Notes: generated by a model not told the origin, from the letters alone. DNA of 9,928 nucleotides from a virus (IMGVR_UViG_2698536618_000006:1-9928); one strand, 5' to 3'. Numbered from the stretch's first letter, positions 1 to 7,509 are shown. Numbers and translations: made by a program.

Positions 1-56
1 ACGGACTGCCCGTTGACGGACTTCAGGGGAAAAACGAGTATTTTTAGTCATCCTGT

Positions 57-689
57 TTACCTCTTTCTCAGGAAGTTTAGTCTCCAGGATTCCCGGGGCG
101 GTTCAATAAGGCGTTTTGCTTCCTCCTTTTCCAGCCATCTGACTCGCTTGTTTCTGACCGCTGGTATCTTGATGACAGGCGCTTTTTCCAGCCACTTCCA
201 GTCGCGTTCTGCAGCACGGAGAATGGCCTTTATCATGGCAAGATGCTTTGCCTTTGTCTGAGTTGATACTGGCTTTGGTTCATAAACAGGCAGTTCTTTA
301 CCTTTCCTGATGGCGGCCTGAACTTTCTGTTTCCATATTTCTTTCGTCTTTCTGTTATGCATTCTGCTTACAGCAGAGTAAATCTTTGCCTCCGAGATAT
401 CTTTAAGCCTTATACCCTCAAAATGTTCAAGCCAGAACTCAATCCGGCTTTTATCTGAATCGAGAGATTTTTTATCAGCTTTTTCCTCAAGCCATCTTAG
501 GCAGGCCTCTTCAAAAGTGACATCAGGTAAATCCCCTAGCTTTTCTACTCGCCAGAGTTCTGCTTTTCGCTTGTCGTGCAACTCCTGAGCTTGCCGCTTG
601 TCCTTTGTGCCAAGAGATTCCTTAATTCGTTTCCCGCCCGGGAGCGAATACGAGGCATACCATATTTCATTTCTGCGGAAGAGTGACAT
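57..689 (-). CDS. int: Tyrosine integrase, N-terminal 210 aa only; the ORF hits a stop at 57-59 before any catalytic domain, so it is probably frameshifted or truncated
   Basis: ATG at 689-687, TAA at 59-57. Sits directly downstream of and overlapping an excisionase-like gene, as in lambdoid int-xis modules. The 210 aa lack the R-K-H-R-H-Y catalytic region expected in a 350-410 aa integrase. A different minus-strand frame stays open from about 102 to the window edge. Confidence 0.55.
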   Translation of the reverse strand: MSLFRRNEIWYASYSLPGGKRIKESLGTKDKRQAQELHDKRKAELWRVEKLGDLPDVTFEEACLRWLEEKADKKSLDSDKSRIEFWLEHFEGIRLKDISEAKIYSAVSRMHNRKTKEIWKQKVQAAIRKGKELPVYEPKPVSTQTKAKHLAMIKAILRAAERDWKWLEKAPVIKIPAVRNKRVRWLEKEEAKRLIEPPRESWRLNFLRKR

Positions 690-916
690 TTTCTTTCCTC
701 TGTTATGCCATCACCCGCGCTCACCTGGACAGTATGCAGCGGAGACTGAAGCGCCGCAATGCAGGCTTGCCGTGTTGTGAGGTAAGGAGATTTTGGCTTG
801 GTTGGATCTTTACGTGTTGCCTGTAGGCGGCCTGTTCGTATCCAGTTGGTGGCGGTTGGTCTGGATATCTTAAGAAACTGACAGGCCTCATCGAGTGTGA
901 GGCTGTATGATTCCAT
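545..916 (-). CDS. xis: Excisionase / AlpA-like HTH DNA-binding protein
   Basis: Start chosen at the internal ATG 916-914 ([33 protein letters not shown]...), preceded by AGAGG. The N-terminal ~70 aa resemble AlpA/Xis winged-helix proteins. The ORF runs 123 aa and overlaps int by about 145 nt, which is long for an excisionase. Confidence 0.6.
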   Translation of the reverse strand: MESYSLTLDEACQFLKISRPTATNWIRTGRLQATRKDPTKPKSPYLTTRQACIAALQSPLHTVQVSAGDGITEERKCHSSAEMKYGMPRIRSRAGNELRNLLAQRTSGKLRSCTTSEKQNSGE

Positions 917-1166
917 GGTTACCTCTGCTTTTTGAACGCATGTCACGTAACTTCTTAATGTGTTCTGCCGTTTCGATCTCTTCTGCTATCCGATCTGCAT
1001 CAGCTTTATTCACAGGTTCAAAGTCATGATTAAAGCGGAACATGCTGGCGATACATGTTCTGCCTTTTCGGATGTAGTGAACTTTGTTGTGGGTAGAACG
1101 CAGGATTTTGCAGGGAGTGCCGTGGTGGTCGACGTACCAGGTGTTAGGAAAAATGATTCTGAACAT
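888..1166 (-). CDS. Hypothetical phage protein (92 aa)
   Basis: ATG at 1166-1164 with GAGGTG Shine-Dalgarno 7 nt upstream. Same orientation as the flanking early-left genes. No family recognised. Confidence 0.45.
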   Translation of the reverse strand: MFRIIFPNTWYVDHHGTPCKILRSTHNKVHYIRKGRTCIASMFRFNHDFEPVNKADADRIAEEIETAEHIKKLRDMRSKSRGNHGIIQPHTR

Positions 1167-1213
1167 TTTTACACCTCAGTTGGACGATGTTGAAATTTGC
1201 TGCTTTGAGGCCA

Positions 1214-1432
1214 TCACAGTCCCCATTGTTTGTTCTTAAGTTCGATCTCCTCCTGGCAACTTGCACAAGTCCGACAACCCTGAACAGCCAGGCGTCTTCG
1301 CTCATCTATCGGATCGCCACACTCACAACAATGAGTTGCGGATACAGTCTGGTAGTTCTGACGACGCATTTTTATTGCTGTATTGCGCTGTAATTCTTCG
1401 ATTTCTGATGCTGAATCAATGATGTCTGCCAT
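1214..1432 (-). CDS. TraR/DksA-family C4 zinc-finger protein (72 aa)
   Basis: ATG at 1432-1430. C-x2-C ... C-x2-C motif (CCECGDPIDERRRLAVQGCRTCASC) typical of phage TraR/DksA-like proteins. Confidence 0.7.
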   Translation of the reverse strand: MADIIDSASEIEELQRNTAIKMRRQNYQTVSATHCCECGDPIDERRRLAVQGCRTCASCQEEIELKNKQWGL

Positions 1433-1484
1433 CTTCCATTAATCCCTGAATTGTTGGTTAATACGCTTGAGGATGAATGCGAAC

Positions 1485-1508
1485 AATAAAAAAGGAGCCT
1501 GTAGCTCC
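1485..1508 (-). terminator. Candidate intrinsic terminator on the minus strand
   Basis: Hairpin GGAGC-ctgta-GCTCC (1494-1508) followed on the minus strand by a TTTTTTATT run (plus-strand A-run 1485-1493). Confidence 0.35.
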
Positions 1509-1530
1509 CTGATGATTTTGCTTTTCATGT

Positions 1531-1812
1531 TCACCGTTCCTTAAAGACGCCGTTTAACATGCCGATCGCCAGGCTTAAATGAGTCGGTGTGAATCCCATC
1601 AGCGTTACCGTTTCGCGGTGCTTCTTCAGTACGCTACGGCAAATGTCATCGACGTTTTTATCCGGAAACTGCTGTCTGGCTTTTTTGATTTCAGAATTAG
1701 CCTGACGGGCAATGCTGCGAAGGGCGTTTTCCTGCTGAGGTGTCATTGAACAAGTCCCATATCGGCAAGCATAAGCACACAGAATATGAAGCCCGCTGCC
1801 AGAAAAATGCAT
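1531..1812 (-). CDS. Hypothetical phage protein; start uncertain (ATG at 1812 or 1746)
   Basis: The track ORF starts at a TTG (1845). The first ATG is at 1812-1810, 11 nt after the methyltransferase stop; another ATG lies at 1746. Neither has a strong Shine-Dalgarno. No family recognised. Confidence 0.45.
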   Translation of the reverse strand: MHFSGSGLHILCAYACRYGTCSMTPQQENALRSIARQANSEIKKARQQFPDKNVDDICRSVLKKHRETVTLMGFTPTHLSLAIGMLNGVFKER

Positions 1813-1822
1813 TCCGTGGTTG

Positions 1823-2380
1823 TCATGCAGCCTCCCGACGGGCAAGAATCCTTGAGCCGAACGCCATCAACTCTCCACGATCAACGGTCGTAAAGTGGCA
1901 GTGTGTACGGGGGTATGGGTGCCAGATAATGAGCATCGAGCCTTTATTATTTCCACTGACGGGTTTCTCAGTGAGTGGGTTAATAAATGCCAGTCGTCCT
2001 GCCGTGATGAATCTGACCTCACTGGCGGTTTGTATCGCTTCATGAAACCATCCGACAGATGTGTCAGCAGGCAATAACATTACACATCCCACACTACTGA
2101 ATTTGTTTTCAGTGGCTGCCTTTTTCACAAAAGGGGAAATATTGCTGTATGGTGGATTCAACCAGACATAACCAGAGGCATATCCCATTGCTTCAGGCCA
2201 TGAAGTGGTTAATGTGTTCTGCTCCTGTGAGATAAAAAGCCGACATAGTCGGTTTTTTTCGCTGGCGGCAGCATCAAGTTGAAAAACGAACTCTGCATTA
2301 AGCGCAGCAAAAATCTCTGGTGGTGTGCGCCAGCTGTCGCGATGTTCGGCAGGAGTATTGCTTCCGGTGAAATCAGTCAT
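1823..2380 (-). CDS. Phage Dam-type DNA N6-adenine methyltransferase (orphan, 185 aa)
   Basis: ATG at 2380-2378 with a GGGGG Shine-Dalgarno-like run upstream. Contains the NPPY catalytic motif (VWLNPPYSN) of N6-adenine/N4-cytosine methyltransferases. Size and context fit the small phage Dam family. No restriction endonuclease gene is adjacent. Confidence 0.75.
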   Translation of the reverse strand: MTDFTGSNTPAEHRDSWRTPPEIFAALNAEFVFQLDAAASEKNRLCRLFISQEQNTLTTSWPEAMGYASGYVWLNPPYSNISPFVKKAATENKFSSVGCVMLLPADTSVGWFHEAIQTASEVRFITAGRLAFINPLTEKPVSGNNKGSMLIIWHPYPRTHCHFTTVDRGELMAFGSRILARREAA

Positions 2381-2534
2381 ACAGCCCCCGTTTATTATTT
2401 ATCGCCTCAGCCAGCCGCTGTGCTTTCAGTGGATTTCTGATAACAGAAAGGCCGGGAAATACCCAGCCTCGCTTTGTAACGGAGTAGATGAAAGTGATCG
2501 CGCCTACCCGGATATTATCGTGAGGATGCTTCAT
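2373..2534 (-). CDS. Small ORF (53 aa), translationally coupled to exo; resembles lambda orf60a by position and sequence
   Basis: Its ATG (2534-2532) overlaps the exo stop as ATGA, and its stop overlaps the methyltransferase start. Translation [53 protein letters not shown]. Below the ORF-track size cutoff. Confidence 0.4.
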   Translation of the reverse strand: MKHPHDNIRVGAITFIYSVTKRGWVFPGLSVIRNPLKAQRLAEAINNKRGLYD

Positions 2535-3211
2535 CGCCATTGCTCCCCAAATACAAAACCAATTTCAGCCAGTGCCACGTCCATTTTTTCGATGAACTCC
2601 GGCACCATCTCGTCAAAATTCGCCATGTACTTTTCATTCCGCTCAATCACGACATAATGCAGGCCTTCACGCTTCATACGCGGGTCATAGTTGGCAAAGT
2701 ACCAGGCATCTTTTCGCGTCACCCACATGCTGTACTGCACCTGGGCCATGTAAGCCGATTTTATGGCCTCGAAACCACCGAGCCGGAACTTCATGAAATC
2801 CCGGGAGGTAAACGGGCATTTCAGTTCAAGGCCGTTGCCGTCACTGCATAAACCATCGGGAGAGCAGGCGGTGCGCATACTTTCGTCGCGATAGATGATC
2901 GGGGATTCAGTAACATTCACGCCGGAAGTGAATTCAAACAGGGTTCTGGCGTCGTTCTCGTACTGTTTTCCCCAGGCCAGCGCCTTAGCATTAACTTCCG
3001 GAGCCACACCGGTGCAAACCTCAGCCAGCAGGGTGTGGAAGTAGGACATTTTCATGTCAGGCCACTTTTTTCCTGAGCGGGGCTTTGCTATCACGTTGTG
3101 AACTTCTGAAGCGGTGATGACGCCGAGCCGTAATTTGTGCCATGCATCATCCCCCTGTTCGACAGCTCTCACGTCGATCCCGGTACGCTGCAGGATAATG
3201 TCCGGTGTCAT
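2531..3211 (-). CDS. exo: Lambda-type exonuclease (Red-alpha), 226 aa
   Basis: Full-length [43 protein letters not shown]... matches lambda Exo nearly residue for residue from memory. Its ATG overlaps the bet stop (ATGA). Confidence 0.95.
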   Translation of the reverse strand: MTPDIILQRTGIDVRAVEQGDDAWHKLRLGVITASEVHNVIAKPRSGKKWPDMKMSYFHTLLAEVCTGVAPEVNAKALAWGKQYENDARTLFEFTSGVNVTESPIIYRDESMRTACSPDGLCSDGNGLELKCPFTSRDFMKFRLGGFEAIKSAYMAQVQYSMWVTRKDAWYFANYDPRMKREGLHYVVIERNEKYMANFDEMVPEFIEKMDVALAEIGFVFGEQWR

Positions 3212-3993
3212 GCTGCCACCTTCTGCTCAGTGGCTTTCTGTTTCAGGAATCCAAGAGCTTTCACTGCTTCGGCCTGTGTCAGTTCTGACGATGCGCGAAT
3301 GTCGCGGCGAAATATCTGGGAACAGAGCGGCAATAAGTCGTCATCCCATGTTTTATCCAGGGCGATCAGCAGAGTGTTAATCTCCTGCATGGTTTCATCG
3401 TTAACCGGAGTGATGTCGCGTTCTGGCTGACGTTCTGCAGTGTATGCAGTATTTTCGACAATGCGCTCGGCTTCATCCTTGTCATAGATACCAGCAAATC
3501 CGAAGGCCAGACGGGCACACTGAATCATGGCTTTATGCCGTAACATCCGTTTGGGATGCGACTGCCACGGCCCCGTGATTTCTCTGCCTTCGCGAGTTTT
3601 GAATGGTTCGCGGCGGCATTCATCCATCCATTCGGTAACGCAGATCGGATGATTACGGTCCTTGCGGTAAATCCGGCATGTACAGGATTCATTGTCCTGC
3701 TCAAAGTCCATGCCATCAAACTGCTGGTTTTCATTGATGATGCGGGACCAGCCATCAACGCCCACCACCGGAACGATGCCGTTCTGCTTATCAGGGAAGG
3801 CGTAAATTTCTTTCGTCCACGGATTAAGGCCGTACTGGTTGGCAACGATCAGTAATGCGATGAACTGCGCATCGCTGGCATCACCTTTAAATGCCGTCTG
3901 GCGAAGAGTGGTGATCAGTTCCTGTGGGTCGACAGAATCCATGCCGACACGTTCAGCCAGCTTCCCAGCCAGCGTTGCGAGTGCTGTACTCAT
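3208..3993 (-). CDS. bet: Bet (Red-beta) single-strand annealing protein, 261 aa
   Basis: [66 protein letters not shown]... recognisable as lambda Bet. Sits between gam and exo in the lambda order. Confidence 0.95.
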   Translation of the reverse strand: MSTALATLAGKLAERVGMDSVDPQELITTLRQTAFKGDASDAQFIALLIVANQYGLNPWTKEIYAFPDKQNGIVPVVGVDGWSRIINENQQFDGMDFEQDNESCTCRIYRKDRNHPICVTEWMDECRREPFKTREGREITGPWQSHPKRMLRHKAMIQCARLAFGFAGIYDKDEAERIVENTAYTAERQPERDITPVNDETMQEINTLLIALDKTWDDDLLPLCSQIFRRDIRASSELTQAEAVKALGFLKQKATEQKVAA

Positions 3994-3998
3994 CCGTT

Positions 3999-4415
3999 TT
4001 ATACCTCTGAATCAATATCAACCTGATGGTGAGCAATGGTTTCAACCATGTACCGGATGTGTTCTGCCATGCGCTCCTGAAACTCAACATCGTCATCAAA
4101 CGCACGGGTAATGGCTTTTTTGCTGGCCCCGTGGCGTTGCAAATGATCGATGCATAGCGATTCAAACAGGTGCTGGGGCAGGCCTTTTTCCATGTCGTCT
4201 GCCAGTTCTGCCTCTTTCTCTTCACGGGCGATCTGCTGGTAGTGACGCGCCCAGCTCTGAGCCTCAAGACGATCCTGAATGTAATAAGCGTTCATGGCTG
4301 AACTCCTGAAATAGCTGTGAAAATATCGCCCGCGAAATGCCAGGCTGATTAGGAAAACAGGAAAGGGGGTTAGTGAATGCTTTTGCTTGATCTCAGTTTC
4401 AGCATTAATATCCAT
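3999..4415 (-). CDS. gam: Gam, RecBCD inhibitor, 138 aa
   Basis: [61 protein letters not shown]... matches lambda Gam. The internal Met at MNAYYIQ corresponds to the short Gam form. Confidence 0.95.
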   Translation of the reverse strand: MDINAETEIKQKHSLTPFPVFLISLAFRGRYFHSYFRSSAMNAYYIQDRLEAQSWARHYQQIAREEKEAELADDMEKGLPQHLFESLCIDHLQRHGASKKAITRAFDDDVEFQERMAEHIRYMVETIAHHQVDIDSEV

Positions 4416-4513
4416 TTTTTATAAGCGTCGACGGCTTCACGAAACATCTTTTCATCGCCAATAAAAGTGGCGATAGTGAATTTAGTCTGGATAGCCATAA
4501 GTGTTTGATCCAT
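4370..4513 (-). CDS. kil: Kil, host-killing / cell-division inhibitor, 47 aa
   Basis: Internal ATG at 4513-4511 of track ORF 4370-4639 gives [47 protein letters not shown], matching lambda Kil. Overlaps the gam 5' end and the cIII 3' end as in lambda. Confidence 0.85.
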   Translation of the reverse strand: MDQTLMAIQTKFTIATFIGDEKMFREAVDAYKKWILMLKLRSSKSIH

Positions 4514-4646
4514 TCTTTGGGACTCCTGGCTGATTAAGTATGTCGATAAGGCGTTTCCATCCGTCACGTAATTTACGGGTGATTCGTTCAAGTAAAGATT
4601 CGGAAGGGCAGCCAGCAACAGGCCACCCTGCAATGGCATATTGCAT
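4482..4646 (-). CDS. cIII: CIII, FtsH (HflB) protease inhibitor, 54 aa
   Basis: Internal ATG at 4646-4644 preceded by AAGGAG. Translation [54 protein letters not shown] matches lambda CIII. Confidence 0.9.
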   Translation of the reverse strand: MQYAIAGWPVAGCPSESLLERITRKLRDGWKRLIDILNQPGVPKNGSNTYGYPD

Positions 4647-4718
4647 GGTGTGCTCCTTATTTATACATAACGAAAAACGCCTCGAGTGAAGCGTTATTGG
4701 TATGCGGTAAAACCGCAC

Positions 4719-5087
4719 TCAGGCGGCCTTGATAGTCATATCATCTGAATCAAATATTCCTGATGTATCGATATCGGTAATTCTTATTCCTTCACTACCA
4801 TCCATTGGAGGCCATCCTTCCTGACCATTTCCATCATCCCAGTCGAACTCACAAACAACACCATATGCATTTAAGTCTTTCGAAATTGCTATAAGCAGAG
4901 CATGTTGCGCCAGCATGATTAATACAGCATTTAATAAAGAGCCGTGTTTATTTAGTTGGTATTCAGAGTCTGACCAGAAATTATTAATCTGGTGAAGTTT
5001 TTCCTCTGTCATTACGTCATGGTCGATTTCAATTTCTATTGATGCTTTCCAGTCGTAATCAATGATGTATTTTTTGATGTTTGACAT
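4719..5087 (-). CDS. ea10: Ea10-like protein (lambda Ea10/Ssb-type), 122 aa
   Basis: MSNIKKYIIDYDWKASIEIEIDHDVMTEEKLHQINNFWSDSEYQ... matches lambda Ea10 from memory, in the same position between cIII and ral. Confidence 0.85.
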   Translation of the reverse strand: MSNIKKYIIDYDWKASIEIEIDHDVMTEEKLHQINNFWSDSEYQLNKHGSLLNAVLIMLAQHALLIAISKDLNAYGVVCEFDWDDGNGQEGWPPMDGSEGIRITDIDTSGIFDSDDMTIKAA

Positions 5088-5105
5088 CTGTTCATATCCT
5101 CACAG

Positions 5106-5133
5106 ATAAAAAATCGCCCTCACACTGGAGGGC
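5106..5133 (-). terminator. Intrinsic terminator on the minus strand (tL3-like position between ral and ea10)
   Basis: Stem GCCCTC (5116-5121) / GAGGGC (5128-5133) with a 6-nt loop, followed on the minus strand by TTTTTTAT (plus-strand A-run 5108-5113). Confidence 0.55.
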
Positions 5134-5290
5134 AAAGAAGATTTCCAATAATCAGAACAAGTCGGCTCCTGTTTAGTTACGAGCGACATTGCTCCGTGTA
5201 TTCACTCGTTGGAATGAATACACAGTGCAGTGTTTATTCTGTTATTTATGCCAAAAATAAAGGCCACTATCAGGCAGCTTTGTTGTTCTG

Positions 5291-5470
5291 TTAACCAAGT
5301 TCTCTGGCAATCATTGCCGTCGTTCGTATTGCCCATTTATCGACATATTTCCCATCTTCCATTACAGGAAACATTTCTTCAGGCTTAACCATGCATTCCG
5401 ATTGCAGCTTGCATCCATTGCATCGCTTGAATTGTCCACACCATTGATTTTTATCAATAGTCGTAGTCAT
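5291..5470 (-). CDS. ral: Ral (restriction-alleviation protein), C-terminally truncated by a premature TAA: 59 aa where the lambda-type frame predicts 66
   Basis: ATG at 5470-5468. Translation MTTTIDKNQWCGQFKRCNGCKLQSECMVKPEEMFPVMEDGKYVDKWAIRTTAMIARELG then TAA (5293-5291). The same frame continues QNNKAA to a TGA at 5272-5270, which would give the 201-nt lambda-type gene. Confidence 0.8.
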   Translation of the reverse strand: MTTTIDKNQWCGQFKRCNGCKLQSECMVKPEEMFPVMEDGKYVDKWAIRTTAMIARELG

Positions 5471-5540
5471 ACGGATAGTCCTGGTATTGTTCCATCACAT
5501 CCTGAGGATGCTCTTCGAACTCTTCAAATTCTTCTTCCAT
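5454..5540 (-). CDS. Small acidic ORF (28 aa), lambda orf28-like
   Basis: ATG at 5540-5538 with AAGGTGA Shine-Dalgarno. Translation MEEEFEEFEEHPQDVMEQYQDYPYDYDY. Its 3' end overlaps the ral start. Confidence 0.5.
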   Translation of the reverse strand: MEEEFEEFEEHPQDVMEQYQDYPYDYDY

Positions 5541-5683
5541 ATATCACCTTAAATAGTGGATTGCGGTAGTAAAGATTGTGCCTGTCTTTTAACCACATCA
5601 GGCTCGGTGGTTCTCGTGTACCCCTACAGCGAGAAATCGGATAAACTCTATTCACCCCTACAGAGAGCAAAAGAGAAACGCCG

Positions 5684-6265
5684 ATGAACAACTCATGGTG
5701 GCAGGAACTAATGCATTTTTTCCTGCAAGGAATGACACTTAAACAGTTGATTCATATGCTAATCATCCTGATCATATTGATTATTGTTATGCCGGTAAGC
5801 GTAAAAGAATGGATAAACCTGCATAATCCAGAAATCCTTCCTCATTATTGGATGTATTACATCCTGTTGTTCTGCGTTAGCTATGTGCTTAACGGTGTTG
5901 TTAATTCCGCTTATCACGCTGTGACTGAAAGAATTGAGGTATCCGCTGCTCAGAAGCGCAAATCTAAAGAAGAAAAATATGTGCAAGATTTGTTTGATTC
6001 GTTAACTCTTGGAGAAAGAGCGTATTTGGCATTCGCTGTAGCCGCGAATAACCAGCTAAAGACAGAAAAGGGAAGCCCTGAAGCAATCTCATTGCTCGAA
6101 AAAGGGCTTCTTATTCGGATACCTTCTGCTACTGGATATCCTGAAATCGACCGTTTTGTTATCCCGGAACGCTATAGAAATGAGTGCTACATTAGGTTTG
6201 CTGGGAAGAAAGACAGTCTTATGGATGAACTTATCGCTCAGGATAAGCATGGCAAAAACAAGTAA
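5684..6265 (+). CDS. sieB: Superinfection exclusion protein B (SieB), membrane protein, 193 aa
   Basis: ATG at 5684. Hydrophobic N-terminal segment (LIHMLIILIILIIVMPV) and a sequence recognisable as lambda/P22 SieB. Plus-strand gene between ral and N, as in lambda. Confidence 0.85.
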   Translation: MNNSWWQELMHFFLQGMTLKQLIHMLIILIILIIVMPVSVKEWINLHNPEILPHYWMYYILLFCVSYVLNGVVNSAYHAVTERIEVSAAQKRKSKEEKYVQDLFDSLTLGERAYLAFAVAANNQLKTEKGSPEAISLLEKGLLIRIPSATGYPEIDRFVIPERYRNECYIRFAGKKDSLMDELIAQDKHGKNK

Positions 6266-6280
6266 TTAGCAAATGATTTA

Positions 6281-6553
6281 TCATCTCGCCGTCAGTTGTT
6301 TTGATTTCCTGTAGCCTGCCGCGTAAATGGCTACGTTTGGCAGGCAAACACTTCCACTGCATTCATCAACTTTCTTGCAGCGAAGACTTCCGAGTGATGC
6401 TGCTTTGTCTGCTCTGACGCAACCAGAGAGCTTTAGCGCAATTTTTCGCGCCAGTCGCTGCTCTTGCATCGCCTGTTCACGTTGAGCCTGTCTGCGTGCT
6501 CTGCGGCGATTTCTGGCGTTATCGTCAGCCAGATATGTAATGACTACTGTCAT
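6281..6553 (-). CDS. N: N-type transcription antitermination protein, 90 aa
   Basis: Internal ATG at 6553-6551 preceded by GGAGG (the track ORF begins at a GTG further upstream). Arginine-rich N-terminal motif DDNARNRRRARRQAQREQ and a C-terminus CLPNVAIYAAGYRKSKQLTAR like the N proteins of 933W and P22. First gene downstream of pL/nutL. Confidence 0.8.
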   Translation of the reverse strand: MTVVITYLADDNARNRRRARRQAQREQAMQEQRLARKIALKLSGCVRADKAASLGSLRCKKVDECSGSVCLPNVAIYAAGYRKSKQLTAR

Positions 6554-6863
6554 GTTGACCTCCGATGAAACAACTTTGGAATTGATAGTGATTGCAAAGT
6601 GGTTTCTGGCCCCTCGAATTGAGGGGCAGAAAGAGCATCTCGCCACCTAATAGGTCGATGCTCGGATCGAGAGATTTAATTAACCTCGGTTTTGAAGTTA
6701 TGCATTCACATAAATCCTCCTGTTGCATGTGCAGCATTGGCTGTGTTTGGCGGCTGCATTTCGCCTATGGAATTGACTTTGGCGGTGACGCGCCGGGTGC
6801 TTATCTTCCGGTTGCCGTCGTGCAGCTGCACTTCACGTCACCCCAAAGCCAACTACTCTTTGG

Positions 6864-6905
6864 TTCCCGCATTTCGGCGGGACAATCCCATCAATGTTAA
6901 AGAGC
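6864..6905 (-). promoter_or_regulatory. nutL: nutL: boxA GCTCTTTAACA plus boxB hairpin
   Basis: On the minus strand, GGCTCTTTAACA (plus 6895-6905), a 12-nt spacer, then UCCCGCCGAAAUGCGGGAA (plus 6864-6882). The same boxA core and an identical 19-nt boxB recur on the plus strand between cro and cII (8534-8578). Confidence 0.7.
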
Positions 6906-6951
6906 CTGCCAATCTGTTCCGTTTGGCTACCAGCGTCCTGCTGATGGTTAA

Positions 6952-6980
6952 AGAATACTGTAGGTATTTTATTTTGTAAA
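6952..6980 (-). promoter_or_regulatory. pL: pL early-left promoter: -35 TTTACA, 17-bp spacer, -10 TATTCT
   Basis: On the minus strand the -35 is at plus 6975-6980 and the -10 at plus 6952-6957. The -10 lies inside the OL1 operator and the -35 abuts OL2. The same -10 hexamer is used by the candidate pR. Confidence 0.6.
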
Positions 6981-7037
6981 TACTCAAGGTATTTATTTTG
7001 GTGAAATAATGATAAGCAAATGAATACAAAGGATATT
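6954..7037. promoter_or_regulatory. OL: OL operator array: three 15-bp sites with consensus AATAC-N5-GTATT
   Basis: AATACTGTAGGTATT (6954-6968), AATACTCAAGGTATT (6979-6993) and AATACAAAGGATATT (7023-7037, one mismatch). The first two are 25 bp apart, the same spacing as the OR sites. Confidence 0.6.
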
Positions 7038-7123
7038 TATTTTTTCGGCGTCTGCTTGTTCAGTGCTTTTTATGCGGGATATGTGAAGTGGATCCCGATA
7101 GCTATTGCTGCCGGGATTATGGG

Positions 7124-7492
7124 TTAGTCAGCGAAGGTTAAGACGAGAATTACCTTAATGATGTCTGCTACAACAGACACGGCCATAGATAAACCAAAGA
7201 CGATCCAAGCCATAGAGATGTCTTCACTACCATCGTATAGAGTTCCGTAATCACTGGTATAAGGCGTAAATGTCGCGCCTTGATACAATAGGTATAAGCT
7301 TGATCCATAGAGGATAAATGCAGATATCCCTTGTATTGCTATGATCACCAGAATCATGAAACGAGCTGATCTATGCGCCCAAGCCTGGCTTATTTTTTCT
7401 GATAGAGATTTCGCAAGAAAAGCATGCGCTAAGCCGTAAATTGTCGAGATTGCCAACATCCCAAAAAAGCTTGCTATAGCGGTTCCAACCAT
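7124..7492 (-). CDS. Small integral membrane protein (122 aa, three predicted TM helices), co-transcribed downstream of cI; function unknown
   Basis: ATG at 7492-7490 with AAGGGG Shine-Dalgarno 5 nt upstream; the track's 7513 start is a TTG. It begins 17 nt after the cI stop on the same strand. Three hydrophobic stretches: residues ~2-27, ~45-70, ~94-120. It occupies the position that rexA/rexB hold in lambda. Confidence 0.65.
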   Translation of the reverse strand: MVGTAIASFFGMLAISTIYGLAHAFLAKSLSEKISQAWAHRSARFMILVIIAIQGISAFILYGSSLYLLYQGATFTPYTSDYGTLYDGSEDISMAWIVFGLSMAVSVVADIIKVILVLTFAD

Positions 7493-7509
7493 AAGCGCCC
7501 CTTGCGTGA

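Noticed and set aside
13-261. Plus-strand 82-aa ORF at the left edge
   Set aside because: Lies antisense within the integrase coding region with no ribosome-binding site or recognisable family; most likely a chance ORF.
1439-1528. 29-aa minus-strand ORF (MKSKIIRELQAPFLLFAFILKRINQQFRD) with an AAGGAA Shine-Dalgarno
   Set aside because: It overlaps the candidate terminator hairpin at 1485-1508 and is too short to judge without conservation data. A small hydrophobic peptide remains possible but is unsupported.
3525-4267. Several 90-106 aa ORFs on both strands overlapping bet and gam
   Set aside because: They are alternative frames or antisense within well-supported bet and gam coding sequence.
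4671-4716. Two small hairpins (AACGC...GCGTT and GCGGT-aaa-ACCGC) between ea10 and cIII as a terminator
   Set aside because: The stems are short and the U-tract weak. They may affect cIII translation or RNase III processing, but I could not support a terminator call from sequence alone.
6609-6627. Hairpin GCCCCTC-GAATT-GAGGGGC as an intrinsic terminator (tL0-like) or as boxB
   Set aside because: No U-tract follows it on either strand. The real boxB is the 19-nt element shared by nutL and nutR. I kept this hairpin only as a possible processing or structural element in the leader finding.
6525-6979. ORFs of 70-102 aa in the pL leader (6525-6737 minus; 6592-6900 and 6692-6979 plus)
   Set aside because: The plus-strand ORFs run antisense to the pL transcript and cross nutL and the operators. 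The minus-strand one starts upstream of the N ribosome-binding site and overlaps N in another frame. None has a convincing start context or family resemblance.
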